From: a virus
Lineage: Duplodnaviria > Caudoviricetes
Length of the DNA stretch: 56,407 nucleotides
Direction: 5' to 3' (one strand)
IMG/VR virus record: IMGVR_UViG_3300034407_000510
Location: 1-56,407 of that record
Of this stretch, positions 42,546-52,727 are shown piece by piece. The position numbers were made by a program, and so were the translations under genes. A model generated the notes under the pieces. It was not told where the DNA came from. It was given only the letters and a program-made list of their open reading frames with translations, and did not search any database. Position 1 is the first letter of the stretch. Each line of letters begins with the position of its first letter.

Positions 42546-43193
42546 TTACATATTCCTCATTGGTGGAATACCTAACATCGGCCTCTTGTCGAACCTATTC
42601 TTTTCAGCAAAAGGACCATCTACATGGTTATAATGAAGAAATACCTGCGCACAGACATCACCTTCAAGTGGTTCTCTCCAATGTTCTAATTCACAACCAC
42701 TATATACTAGCATATCTCCTACATCAAGCAAGACTTTCGTGCCTTCTGGAGCATTGGGCTTATGTATCTGTTTATACTCGTCTATGACGCTGTCAGCCCC
42801 TGTACCATCAATAAATATGGGCCATGGATCTCCACCTAGGTTCAACGTGGTAGATATCTCACAAGAAGGTCTATCCTTATGACGTCTTAATATATCGCCT
42901 TTTTTATATATTCTAGCGTACGAATATGTAGGCACTAGATTAAGACCTGTTTCTTTAGCCATGACTGGTAGCATCTTGACTAACAGTGTTTCCATAACTT
43001 GATCTGCATAATGACTGTATGTATTTGGAACCTGTTGGTCAGACCATGTTCCGTGTAATCCTGTATCATATGTAATATTGTTTTGATACATCCATTGAAC
43101 AGCATCTCTTTTAAGTAAGAAATAGTTGAATATAAAATTAGCTAACTCGTAGTTGAGCGCACCTTTGATTACTTGATATTTATTGAAAGCCAT
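42546..43193 (-). CDS. 2OG-Fe(II) oxygenase
   Basis: PTYSYARIY, RHKDRPSCEIS, EHWRE. Confidence 0.85.
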   Translation of the reverse strand: MAFNKYQVIKGALNYELANFIFNYFLLKRDAVQWMYQNNITYDTGLHGTWSDQQVPNTYSHYADQVMETLLVKMLPVMAKETGLNLVPTYSYARIYKKGDILRRHKDRPSCEISTTLNLGGDPWPIFIDGTGADSVIDEYKQIHKPNAPEGTKVLLDVGDMLVYSGCELEHWREPLEGDVCAQVFLHYNHVDGPFAEKNRFDKRPMLGIPPMRNM

Positions 43194-43761
43194 TTTGTAT
43201 AAAATTAAAACTTACTGATATTCTTATATCATTAGATAAATTAGGTTCAACATTATGCCAAAGATAAAATGGAAACATTATAATTCTACCTTCTTTTGGT
43301 TCTAAATGCACTTCTCTCCATAATTCTTTTGGTGGTTTTCCAGGTTTTCTTGCTGGCATATTTAATTGTGCTCCTGCTCTTGGTTCATTACAAACTAAGT
43401 TACCTGAATCTTTTGGAGTCTTTACATAATACACACCGCTAAATAAACTATTGGGATGTATGTGTGGAGCGTTGTACCCACCTGGTGGATTTATATTAGC
43501 CCACATATTACCTAACAGAGGTTCTCTATCTAGCCATTCTTCTTTCCATATATCTTGCATCATTACAAATAATTCATTTACCAAAGGTTGAAACACAGGA
43601 ATTTTATGCATTTCAGTTGTTGAGTGCCAACCATTACGGTTTGTTTTTTTAACACCAGGATCTCGTTTAGACCATTCAACTATTTCTTTTTCAAATAATT
43701 GATTATCTAACTTTACATCTTTGCCATATATATTTGTTGGAAAAAATTGTTCTTTAATCAT
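43180..43761 (-). CDS. 2OG-Fe(II) oxygenase (TIGR02466-like)
   Basis: WANIN...PHIHP...SGVYY...WHNVEP...RISVSFN. Confidence 0.9.
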   Translation of the reverse strand: MIKEQFFPTNIYGKDVKLDNQLFEKEIVEWSKRDPGVKKTNRNGWHSTTEMHKIPVFQPLVNELFVMMQDIWKEEWLDREPLLGNMWANINPPGGYNAPHIHPNSLFSGVYYVKTPKDSGNLVCNEPRAGAQLNMPARKPGKPPKELWREVHLEPKEGRIIMFPFYLWHNVEPNLSNDIRISVSFNFIQNGFQ

Positions 43762-44354
43762 CTAAAAGGTTTACCTCCAAACCAAACAACAAGAGATTGC
43801 CTCACACCTTTCTTTACAGGATTGACTCTGTGATTTAAGAATGATGCAAAACAAATAGCATGACCTTGTTTAAGTTCTGCAAATTTACCTGGAGCCATTA
43901 GTTCTAAATCACCACCTTCAAATTCTGACGGATCATTCAATAATAATGTCATTGATATTTTTCTTACAGGTGGTTCGTGTTGCATGTTCACATCACAATC
44001 CATATGCCAATCGTAGAACCCGCCTTCTGGATATTCTGTAAACTGTGCATTCTCTGTAACCTGTATATCTCCAAACCCAAAATGATTTTCATTTGCTTTT
44101 TGTATAAAATTATTAAGATCACGATACATGTGTCCCATTTCTTGAAATGGTATCCATGATATTGTTGTGACTCTTTTCTTTGTGTCTGTGCCACCTCCAG
44201 GTTTACTCATACCAACTTGTGCTTGTTGTGGTGGTTGTCTTCTACCACATTCTATAATCTGTCTACATTGATCTGGTGTAAATAATGGTGTAGTTGTTTG
44301 TATTATCCAACTCTTCCATTTAGGTTCTGTGATGTGTCTGTTTTCGTACATCAA
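43758..44354 (-). CDS. 2OG-Fe(II) oxygenase (prolyl-4-hydroxylase/PKHD-like)
   Basis: YDWHMD, RKIS, FEGGDL, HRVNPVKKGVRQSLVVW. Confidence 0.9.
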   Translation of the reverse strand: MMYENRHITEPKWKSWIIQTTTPLFTPDQCRQIIECGRRQPPQQAQVGMSKPGGGTDTKKRVTTISWIPFQEMGHMYRDLNNFIQKANENHFGFGDIQVTENAQFTEYPEGGFYDWHMDCDVNMQHEPPVRKISMTLLLNDPSEFEGGDLELMAPGKFAELKQGHAICFASFLNHRVNPVKKGVRQSLVVWFGGKPFR

Positions 44355-45007
44355 GTTACTCCTCTGTTTTTAATTTGATCATAAGTAACGTCCATGTTTG
44401 CTGCTAAAGTTCTTCTATATCCTGGTCCGTTAAAAGGGTAAACACAGTGTCTCATGTCATATGGAAATATAAAAAAATCTCTTTCAGAAATTTCTGGTTG
44501 ATAATCTATATTTGAAAACTGACCAGATGCTGAACCTAATATTTGTAATCTACCATTTTGTGGTGCCTCTGGTGATGAATATTCTACACCAAAACTTTGT
44601 GGTAGTTTTAAAATCATCACACTAGATAAACCCGTAAACAATGATCCTTGATGCACGTGCACTGGATTGTATTCGTGTTGAAACATTTGATTAACCCACA
44701 CAGAATTTAAATGCATTTCATATTCTTTTACTTTGTTCCATTGTAAGTAGTGTGTAAATTTTTGATGAAACCATTGTAATACATTTTGTGGTAAATGATT
44801 ATGTCTAGTCATCTTTTCACTATCTTGACCATCAAAAAATAAACTATGTTCTTTCTCTATCTTACCAACTAATTGTTTGTTAGCAGGTTTAAGTTCAGGA
44901 TATTTTGTTTCATAAATATGATTTATTATATTAAACACATCTAGTGGCACTTGATACCTCAATACAGATTGACCTAAAAATATAAATTTAAAATCTGATG
45001 TGTCCAT
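44351..45007 (-). CDS. 2OG-Fe(II) oxygenase
   Basis: WVN...YNPVHVH...FPYDMRHCVYPF...RRTLAAN. Confidence 0.85.
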   Translation of the reverse strand: MDTSDFKFIFLGQSVLRYQVPLDVFNIINHIYETKYPELKPANKQLVGKIEKEHSLFFDGQDSEKMTRHNHLPQNVLQWFHQKFTHYLQWNKVKEYEMHLNSVWVNQMFQHEYNPVHVHQGSLFTGLSSVMILKLPQSFGVEYSSPEAPQNGRLQILGSASGQFSNIDYQPEISERDFFIFPYDMRHCVYPFNGPGYRRTLAANMDVTYDQIKNRGVT

Positions 45008-45779
45008 ATTTTTGTCTAATCCTTTCTGGAATTTTTTCTATATAAGGGTTGTATTCCTTTCTAACAACTGTTTTTATCTTATGCATATTCTTTCCTACAA
45101 TCTTATCGTTGTAACTCATACCATTAACCTCAACTTGTTTCAAGTCTTCAAACTTATGATTATAATAAGGTAAGTTTATAAACCGATATATTTTTTTAAA
45201 CTCTTGTTCTGGATTTGTAACCATGTCATCGTATTTTACAAAACAACAAATGTCGGGATAATTAAATGCATTTTTTATCGCTTCCAAATCTTTTGCAATA
45301 GCACCCTCTTTATTCATAAGCATACTTAATTTTTCTTCATCGTTTTTTAAGTTATATCTATTAGGAAATGCATCAGGATTTTTCGTGTACCATTTCATAT
45401 ACGAAGCTAACACATCCATTAAATCTCTAAGTATTACTATACATTTAAAAGGACGTTTGTAATGTTTTTGCATTAATTGAAGATTACCAGGAGTCATCAC
45501 AGGTCCACGATCTATAATATATTGTTGTGTCCAGTCTTTATAGTACGTATCATAAACAACATCTAAAACATTATTTAAAGATTTATGATCCGGATAATTT
45601 AAAAATACATCAGTATTTTTTAACAAGAATAAATCTTTTATTATTTCTAATGTTATTGAATTAGGTGTACAAACTATATCTGGGTTTTGATTAATAATAC
45701 TTGTAAATAAAGTATTGCCAGATCTAGGAAGTGCAACTAAAAAAAATAATTGTTTATTTTTCTTTTGCTCCAAGGTCAC
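44988..45779 (-). CDS. Sulfotransferase-family protein
   Basis: 5'-PSB loop LPRSGNTL, 3'-PB ILRDLMDVLASY, VKYDDMVTNPE. Confidence 0.85.
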   Translation of the reverse strand: MTLEQKKNKQLFFLVALPRSGNTLFTSIINQNPDIVCTPNSITLEIIKDLFLLKNTDVFLNYPDHKSLNNVLDVVYDTYYKDWTQQYIIDRGPVMTPGNLQLMQKHYKRPFKCIVILRDLMDVLASYMKWYTKNPDAFPNRYNLKNDEEKLSMLMNKEGAIAKDLEAIKNAFNYPDICCFVKYDDMVTNPEQEFKKIYRFINLPYYNHKFEDLKQVEVNGMSYNDKIVGKNMHKIKTVVRKEYNPYIEKIPERIRQKYGHIRF

Positions 45780-46434
45780 TAGTTAACTGTTCTTTCTTGT
45801 TGTAAATCATTTCACCAGATTTCTTAACTCTTTCAATTGTTTGTAATTGACCCAATACATTAAATACTTCGGGCTGACTTGAACCAGATGTTAAAGTCTC
45901 TGCTTTATTCTTCATAACTAAATGATAAGAATCTAATTGATGTCTATTTACATCTTGTGTATCAAAAGAACCATCGTCAAATTCTTTTTTAAGTGCAGAC
46001 CAAAGTTTAATCTCTCTCATTCTATCTTTAGCAACTAATTGCATATTAGCTAAACCATATCTAGCTTCGTCAAGATCTATTTTATATTTTTCTAATTTGT
46101 ATTCGTCGGTTTCAGTTTCAACTTTTTTCTCTAACCATTTAACTTTAGCCTCTGATCTTCTACAATCAAATGATAGACTCATTAAGTTTTCTAAAAACAC
46201 GTTTTGTTCTCTAACACACTGCCAATACTTTGCAGCTTTAGTTGGATACTTCGCATCTTGTAACACAGACATTCTCATTTCTGTCTCTGTTCTAAATACT
46301 TGTTTTTTAGTCCACGTATCTCTAAGCTCAGACGTCATAGCCTTAAACTCTTTGACGTCTTCTGGATCTAATAAATTATTTAAACTTGGTGCTTCTTTTT
46401 CTATTAACGCATGTATATTTCTTTTTTCTGTCAT
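45754..46434 (-). CDS. Conserved coiled-coil protein of the tail-fibre modification region
   Basis: GAAAGGA SD; YPTKAAKYWQCVREQ. Confidence 0.75.
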   Translation of the reverse strand: MTEKRNIHALIEKEAPSLNNLLDPEDVKEFKAMTSELRDTWTKKQVFRTETEMRMSVLQDAKYPTKAAKYWQCVREQNVFLENLMSLSFDCRRSEAKVKWLEKKVETETDEYKLEKYKIDLDEARYGLANMQLVAKDRMREIKLWSALKKEFDDGSFDTQDVNRHQLDSYHLVMKNKAETLTSGSSQPEVFNVLGQLQTIERVKKSGEMIYNKKEQLTSDLGAKEK

Positions 46435-46466
46435 AATAATCCTTTCGTTAGCTAATATAACTATTA

Positions 46467-48308
46467 TTAACTAGTTGTCAATGTAGAAGCTGTAACTGTT
46501 GAAGTTGAACCTGTGTATTCTTCTGTTGCAGTTAATGCAGTTGTACTAGCTTCTGTTCCACCAAAAACTAATCCTGCTGCTTGTGTTCCACCACCGTTAA
46601 GTTGTCTTCTAGGAGTTGCTAAATTTGCAGTGTTTGTAAAAGCTGTCCCATCATATTCTTGTGTAGCACCAGTGTTATTTGTTACTTCAGGACCATCACC
46701 TCCAGTTATCATTAATGCTGTTGGTGCAGCTGCTCCTCCACTTACTCCACCACTTGCTAAAAAGAAAATTGAAGATGCTCCAGATGACCAATTAGTTCCA
46801 TCATATTCTTCTGTAAGTCTAGTTACACTACTATTTGCATCAGGCGCAGCAGGAGCTTCACCACCTGTTACTATTGTAGCTGTTTGTGCTCCATCAACAA
46901 AAGTATTTACCCTTGCAACTGACATAGCATTAGCTGATGTCCAAGAACTACCATCATATTCTTCTACAGTAGTGCTTGCTGCAGTACCTGCACCTGACCT
47001 TAATCCAGCTGTCTGAGTTCCTGATGCAGAACCATACATAAAATTACCACCTGAGTTTAAAGCACCACCTGATGTCCAAGATGAACCGTTATATTCTAAT
47101 GTCGTAGTATTAGGAAAACCAGGTTGACCACCATAACCTAAAGCTGCTGTTTGAGTTCCTGTGCCACCCATTTGCCTTTGTCCTGCAGGTAAAGCACCAC
47201 CTGATGTCCAAGATGAACCACCATATTCTTCAGTTTCTGATCTATTTGTGTTAGGCCAATTAAAACCTCCAAATGCTAATCCAGCATTTTGAGTTCCATG
47301 TTTTGCACTACCAAACTGTGCTCTAGAATTAGATAAAGCACCACCGCTAGCAAATGCCGCTGATGTAAAAGCATTAATGTTCGAGTTGTATTCTTCTGTT
47401 TTTGCAGATACGGGAACTCCATATCCACCAAATCCTAAACCTGCTGCTCTTGTTCCTGCACCACCAAGTAATTGTCTACCACTTGCTAAAGTAGCTGGTG
47501 ATGTTGTCCAAAGTGTTCCATCGTATTCTTCAGTTGCAGTTGGACGGCCTGAACCTGCAAAAGCCAAAGCGTTATCTTGTGTTCCTGCTCCTGCTAAACC
47601 ATTCCCTGCAGTATTTAAATCATTTGAAGCTGTCCAAGAACTTCCATTGTATTCTTCAGTGTCTGCTAAATTACCAGAACCAGGAGTTCCACCAAAAGCT
47701 AAACCTGCTGTTTGTGTACCACAACCTGCTAAAATTTTTCTTGCTGTATTTAAAGTTCCACTCGCTGTCCAAGAGGATCCATCATATTCTTCAGTTTTAT
47801 TTGAAAGTGCTGGTTCATTTCCTCCAAAAGCAAGACCCGCAGTTTGTAATCCTGCTCCAGCTAATAAACTTCTACCAGTATTCATAGCTCCACCAGTGGT
47901 CCATGAAGAACCATTATACTCTTCAGTTTGAGTTGTAATTCCTGTTGATTGTCCACCAAATGATAATCCAGCTGTTTGAGTTCCAGCACCTCCATGTCTT
48001 GCAACAGCAGTTCCTAAATTTCCTCCAGTGTTCCAAGTAAAACCAGAATATTCTTCTGTTGAATTTAAATTACTGCCTGGATTTAATCCTCCAAAAGCAA
48101 GCGCTGAAGTTTGTAGTCCGCAACCTGCTAAATATCTTCGAGGTGTTGCTATATCTGCACCACTAGACCAAGCTTTAATCTGCACTAATGTTTTGTTTGT
48201 ACCTGAAGCCGAGTTATACCACACCTGTCCTTCGGTCGTCGAATCTAACGTTGGATCCGAAGTTAAATATTTTACCCGTGTACCATGTATACTCTCGTAG
48301 TCAGACAT
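46467..48308 (-). CDS. Kelch-like beta-propeller virion protein (about 12 blades)
   Basis: Repeats GTQTAGLAFGG...TEEYDGSSW; EGQVWYN N-terminal module. Confidence 0.8.
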   Translation of the reverse strand: MSDYESIHGTRVKYLTSDPTLDSTTEGQVWYNSASGTNKTLVQIKAWSSGADIATPRRYLAGCGLQTSALAFGGLNPGSNLNSTEEYSGFTWNTGGNLGTAVARHGGAGTQTAGLSFGGQSTGITTQTEEYNGSSWTTGGAMNTGRSLLAGAGLQTAGLAFGGNEPALSNKTEEYDGSSWTASGTLNTARKILAGCGTQTAGLAFGGTPGSGNLADTEEYNGSSWTASNDLNTAGNGLAGAGTQDNALAFAGSGRPTATEEYDGTLWTTSPATLASGRQLLGGAGTRAAGLGFGGYGVPVSAKTEEYNSNINAFTSAAFASGGALSNSRAQFGSAKHGTQNAGLAFGGFNWPNTNRSETEEYGGSSWTSGGALPAGQRQMGGTGTQTAALGYGGQPGFPNTTTLEYNGSSWTSGGALNSGGNFMYGSASGTQTAGLRSGAGTAASTTVEEYDGSSWTSANAMSVARVNTFVDGAQTATIVTGGEAPAAPDANSSVTRLTEEYDGTNWSSGASSIFFLASGGVSGGAAAPTALMITGGDGPEVTNNTGATQEYDGTAFTNTANLATPRRQLNGGGTQAAGLVFGGTEASTTALTATEEYTGSTSTVTASTLTTS

Positions 48309-48321
48309 TTATTAAATTCCT

Positions 48322-48618
48322 TTATGGGAGAGTAATATCTTGAGGTCTTCCTAAATTTCCTGGTGCAGCTTTTTCTTCATCAGATAAAGCGTCCCACGCA
48401 GCTTGTGCAGCTTCTACTTCAGCTGTAACAAGAGCTTGAGCTTCTGCTTTAGTCTTTTCAACACCGTTCTTTTCAGCTAACCACAAAGCGCCTTTTTCGT
48501 TGTTACCAACGACCCAAACGTTTGCAGGATAACCTCTAAGAAAAAAGTTTCTTCTATCTTCAGCAGTGAAGAATCCTTTTCCAGTGTTTGTAGCAGTACC
48601 ATATATAAATAGTGCCAT
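48322..48618 (-). CDS. Hypothetical protein (possible fibre chaperone)
   Basis: AAGGAGGAG SD; lies between propeller genes. Confidence 0.7.
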   Translation of the reverse strand: MALFIYGTATNTGKGFFTAEDRRNFFLRGYPANVWVVGNNEKGALWLAEKNGVEKTKAEAQALVTAEVEAAQAAWDALSDEEKAAPGNLGRPQDITLP

Positions 48619-48667
48619 AGTTACTCCTCCTTATTATTAATTGTTATATACTTAATTCTATTCATTA

Positions 48668-50512
48668 TCAACTCGTTGTTAAAGTTTTAACATTTAATGC
48701 TGATGTTTCACCAGTAAATTCTTCAACATTTGCATAAGCATTTCCTCCTCCATCTGCACCTCCTGATAATAAACCTAATTGACTAGTTCCTGACCCTGCT
48801 GCTGTTTGTCTAGCTTGTGCTAATGAAGGTCTTGTTGAAAAAGAAGTTCCATCATAACCTTCAGTTGTTGTTATAATTGCTCCAGGAGTTGAATAACCAC
48901 CACAACCTAATGCTGCTGTTTGAGTTCCAAAAGCAGATAGATTTCTAGCTCCAGTTATACGTACACCTGCATTAGACCAATTTGTTCCATCATATTCTTC
49001 TGCTGTTGTTTTTGAATCAACAGGATTTCCACCACCTTGTATTAAGTTAGCTGTTTGTGTTCCACATAGAGCAGCACCTCGTCTAGCAGTATTTAAAGTA
49101 TTTCCAGCTGTCCAAGATGTTCCATCATACTCTTCTGAATTACTGGAGTCTGAAGCTGGATTTGTTAAACCTGCTGCTGTAATTGAAGCTGTTTGAGTTC
49201 CTGAACCATATACATCTCTTCTAGCTGTATTCATTGAATTACTGTTTGTCCAAGAGGTACCATTGTATTCTTCTGATGCACCTGTAGTACCAGGAGTGGC
49301 TGGTTGCGTTGATGTTGATCCTCCAAAAGCTAAACCTGCAGGAGTAGTTCCTGATCCACCTAGTTCTGATCTTGAAGTATTTAAAGCTCCACCTGAAGAC
49401 CAACTAGATCCATCATATTCGAATGTTGCATTATTCAATGTTGTTGGAGCAGATCTTCCACCAAAAACAGTAGTGTCGTTTTGAGTTCCTGGAACTGTAG
49501 AACCAAGATTCATTTTTACAGTAGGTAAATTTCCACCACTAGCCCATGCTGCAGCTGTGATGACGTTTGTTGATCTTGTAAATTCTTCTGTTAGTGTTTT
49601 ATTTGGGTCATTACCTGCAAAAGCTATCGCTGCGGATGATGGAGAAACATATTGTCCACTTCCAATTCTATCTCTTGCTGTTGCCATACTTGGTTTTGCA
49701 GACCAATTTGTTCCATCATAACCAGATGTAGTGCTTAATACAGGAGCACCATCTGATCCTCCAAAAACTAGAGCATCTGTTTGTATACCTGCTGATCCCA
49801 TTAAAAAAGTTGCTGCAGGTAAATTATTTACTTCTGTCCAAGATGAACCATTCCACTCTTCTACATTAGAAGTTATAGCTGTTGGACTTGGTGAATTTTT
49901 TCCTCCAGCTGCTAAAGCTGCTGTTTGAATTCCAACAGAAGCAGTTCCTCGTCTAGCTGTATTTAATGCAGTTGTTGCTGTCCAAGTTGATCCATTATAA
50001 GATTCAACATTTGTGGTAATACTTCCTCCGTAAGCTAATGCAGCTGTTTGTATTCCCGCTCCTGCTGCATCATATCTACCCGTTCCTAAACTACCTCCTG
50101 CTGTCCAAGATGAACCATCATATTCGAATGTTGCACTATTAGGAGTTCCAGGACCAGAAGCACCAAAAACTAAACCAGCTGTTTGAGAACCTGTTGACCC
50201 CATAGATGCTACAGCTCCAGGATAAGCAGTTCCTGCTGCCCATCCTGAACCATTATATTCTTCTGTTACATTAGTGTAACCTGACCCCCCATAACCTGCT
50301 GCTCCAACAGCAGCATTTTGAGCTCCAAAACCTGCTGGATCTCTTCTAGCAGTTGTCATATTTGTACCACTAGCCCACGCTTCATTAATTAAAACATTCT
50401 TAAAGGCACCATCGGTACTGTTATACCAAATCTGTCCTTCAGCTTGATCATTATCCAAATTGCTTGATAAGAATCTTATTCCTTTTCCAATTATATTTTT
50501 ATAATCTGACAT
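48668..50512 (-). CDS. Kelch-like beta-propeller virion protein (about 12 blades)
   Basis: Same repeat and same termini as 46467-48308. Confidence 0.8.
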   Translation of the reverse strand: MSDYKNIIGKGIRFLSSNLDNDQAEGQIWYNSTDGAFKNVLINEAWASGTNMTTARRDPAGFGAQNAAVGAAGYGGSGYTNVTEEYNGSGWAAGTAYPGAVASMGSTGSQTAGLVFGASGPGTPNSATFEYDGSSWTAGGSLGTGRYDAAGAGIQTAALAYGGSITTNVESYNGSTWTATTALNTARRGTASVGIQTAALAAGGKNSPSPTAITSNVEEWNGSSWTEVNNLPAATFLMGSAGIQTDALVFGGSDGAPVLSTTSGYDGTNWSAKPSMATARDRIGSGQYVSPSSAAIAFAGNDPNKTLTEEFTRSTNVITAAAWASGGNLPTVKMNLGSTVPGTQNDTTVFGGRSAPTTLNNATFEYDGSSWSSGGALNTSRSELGGSGTTPAGLAFGGSTSTQPATPGTTGASEEYNGTSWTNSNSMNTARRDVYGSGTQTASITAAGLTNPASDSSNSEEYDGTSWTAGNTLNTARRGAALCGTQTANLIQGGGNPVDSKTTAEEYDGTNWSNAGVRITGARNLSAFGTQTAALGCGGYSTPGAIITTTEGYDGTSFSTRPSLAQARQTAAGSGTSQLGLLSGGADGGGNAYANVEEFTGETSALNVKTLTTS

Positions 50513-50513
50513 A

Positions 50514-51467
50514 TTAGCTCGTTGTTAAAGTTTGTGTTGCAAATGATGGATCTACATATTCTTCAGTTGCAGTTGTATTAGGAGGTGTTTGTCCCCCAAA
50601 AGCTAATCCAGCTGATTGTGTTCCTGCACCCCCATGTAATTGTCTTGCTGTTGATAAATCAGATGATTCAGTCCAACTAGTCCCATCATATTCTTCAGTT
50701 TTAGCTGAAAGAGCAGTGCCATTATAACCACCAAAAGTTAAAGCTGCTGTTTGAATTCCTACAGAAGCAGAATATTGTCTTTTAGTATTTATGGAATTAA
50801 CTGTTGTCCACGAAGTACCATTATATTCTTCTACAGCATTAGTTATATTAGGGCTTCCTGGAAATTGACCAGAAACTGCTAAACCTGCAGTTTGAATTCC
50901 AGTTGCTGAAAATGCATTTCTAGCAGTATTCATAGCACCACCACCAGTCCAACTTGAACCATCATATTCTTCAGTTGCTGTTGTTCTACTTGGAGTTTCT
51001 CCTCCACTAACTGCTCCTGCGGTTTGAGTTCCAAAACCTGCTAATTGTCTTCTAGCAGTAGAAAGATCAGCTTCTTCTGACCAAGTAGATCCATTATATT
51101 CTTCAACAACACTTTGAATTGATGGTCCTACTGCACCTCCAGCCGCTAATGCAGCTGTTTGTGTTGCATTTTGAGCTGTTGCTGCTTGTCTTGCCGTATT
51201 CATTGAGCTAGTTGCAGTCCAAGATGATCCATCATATTCTTCAGTATTAGATCCTACAAAACCAACAGCGGCTGTTTGTGTTCCTGCTCCAGCGTAAGTG
51301 TTTGCTGTATTTAAACTTCCACCAGAAGACCAAACACCTCCAATGTTTTTATATACTTTTAAAAAACCAGTACTAGTATTATACCAAATCTGTCCTTCTA
51401 AAGGATTACTAGGATCTGAACTAACCTGTTTTATTAACTGGCCTTTAATTTCTTTGTAGGTCGACAT
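50514..51467 (-). CDS. Kelch-like beta-propeller virion protein (about 6 blades)
   Basis: Six EEY(D/N/V) repeats; EGQIWYN; TLTTS end. Confidence 0.8.
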   Translation of the reverse strand: MSTYKEIKGQLIKQVSSDPSNPLEGQIWYNTSTGFLKVYKNIGGVWSSGGSLNTANTYAGAGTQTAAVGFVGSNTEEYDGSSWTATSSMNTARQAATAQNATQTAALAAGGAVGPSIQSVVEEYNGSTWSEEADLSTARRQLAGFGTQTAGAVSGGETPSRTTATEEYDGSSWTGGGAMNTARNAFSATGIQTAGLAVSGQFPGSPNITNAVEEYNGTSWTTVNSINTKRQYSASVGIQTAALTFGGYNGTALSAKTEEYDGTSWTESSDLSTARQLHGGAGTQSAGLAFGGQTPPNTTATEEYVDPSFATQTLTTS

Positions 51468-51479
51468 TATTCAACCTCC

Positions 51480-52715
51480 TTAATTATTCTTTAGCAACCA
51501 GCCTTGTGTTCCATCTGTATACACGAGAGTATTCGCTGCTCTTTCTGTAGCAACAGTTAAATCTGCTGTTGCTCCGTTAATTTTCTCTGAGTTTCTTCCA
51601 ACGGTTAAGTTATTTGTATCAAATGTTCCTGCATAATCTATGAAAGCTATTTCATCACCAATTGTTGGTGAACTAGGTAATGTCATCGTAACTGCACCAC
51701 TAGTTGTGTTTATAAAATATCCTTCACCTGCAGCTGCAGTAAAGTCAGAAGTTTTTACAGCTTGCCATGAAGTACCACCAGATACTTCTGCAAAAGATAA
51801 AGTACCTGATCCGTTTGTTTTTAAAAATGTATCTGCTGATCCGTCAGCATTTGGAAAAGTCAATCCATCAAGAACAATGTTTCCTGAACCATTTGGCGTA
51901 ATAGTAATATTACCATTAGCAGCATCTACGATTGTGATATTTCCTGAGTTTGTACCACTATTAGTGTCTAATACTAAATTGTGTGCACCATTAGATGTAA
52001 TTGTTGCATCTGCTGCTCCTGTACCAACTACAACCTCACCAGTTCCTTTTGGTGATAAAGCTAAATCTATATTTGAGTCACTACCTAAAGCAGATAATTT
52101 AGGATCATTGCCTGTAGCTGCGTTTGTAACATTTAAGTAATTTACAGCTGAACCTGTAGTAGTAAAAAATAATTGTTCGTTTGCATTTTCATCTCTGATA
52201 CCGTGAGCATCATCAAAATCGATCATGAAAGAATTAGTGTCTAAGTTACCACCTAATTGTGGAGAAGTGTCATCAACAAGATCACTTGCTAATGCAACAG
52301 AATCAATATTTGGGTTTGTGCCATCATCAGCTTTTGCGTAAGCTATTACTGTTTTACCATTTAAAACAGCTACACTAGATCCAGAACCAGAAGCATATTT
52401 AAATGTTACTGTTTGAGAACCACTAGTTGAATTTTTTAAAATATAAAAGTTTTGAACATCTAAAGGTATTGTTACATTTCTTCCAGCTGATATTGTTCCT
52501 GTAAATTCTATAATTCTATGTGCAAGAGTTGCACCAGTTGAGCCATCTGAAACAGATAAAGTTGTATCTCCAGAATCTGATACAGCTTGTTGTGTAAAAC
52601 CACCTGAAATTTGTTCTATAATATTTAAGTTAGTATTGGTTTTTGTACCCCATGTACCGGCGTTTTCACCAGTTGCCATTAGTTCAATACCTAGAGGCGA
52701 ATATGTAGATGCCAT
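51480..52715 (-). CDS. Tail fibre protein
   Basis: GENAGTWGTKTNTN, DTSPQLGGNLD, LKTNGSGTLSF, TMTLPSSPTIGD. Confidence 0.8.
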   Translation of the reverse strand: MASTYSPLGIELMATGENAGTWGTKTNTNLNIIEQISGGFTQQAVSDSGDTTLSVSDGSTGATLAHRIIEFTGTISAGRNVTIPLDVQNFYILKNSTSGSQTVTFKYASGSGSSVAVLNGKTVIAYAKADDGTNPNIDSVALASDLVDDTSPQLGGNLDTNSFMIDFDDAHGIRDENANEQLFFTTTGSAVNYLNVTNAATGNDPKLSALGSDSNIDLALSPKGTGEVVVGTGAADATITSNGAHNLVLDTNSGTNSGNITIVDAANGNITITPNGSGNIVLDGLTFPNADGSADTFLKTNGSGTLSFAEVSGGTSWQAVKTSDFTAAAGEGYFINTTSGAVTMTLPSSPTIGDEIAFIDYAGTFDTNNLTVGRNSEKINGATADLTVATERAANTLVYTDGTQGWLLKNN

Positions 52716-52727
52716 AAATTTTATCTC

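Noticed and set aside
46467-51467. Diversity-generating retroelement acting on the fibre genes
   Set aside because: No reverse transcriptase and no TR/VR pair differing only at adenines was seen.
46513-52140. Several plus-strand ORFs over the propeller and fibre genes
   Set aside because: Antisense shadows caused by codon bias; no SD or promoter support.
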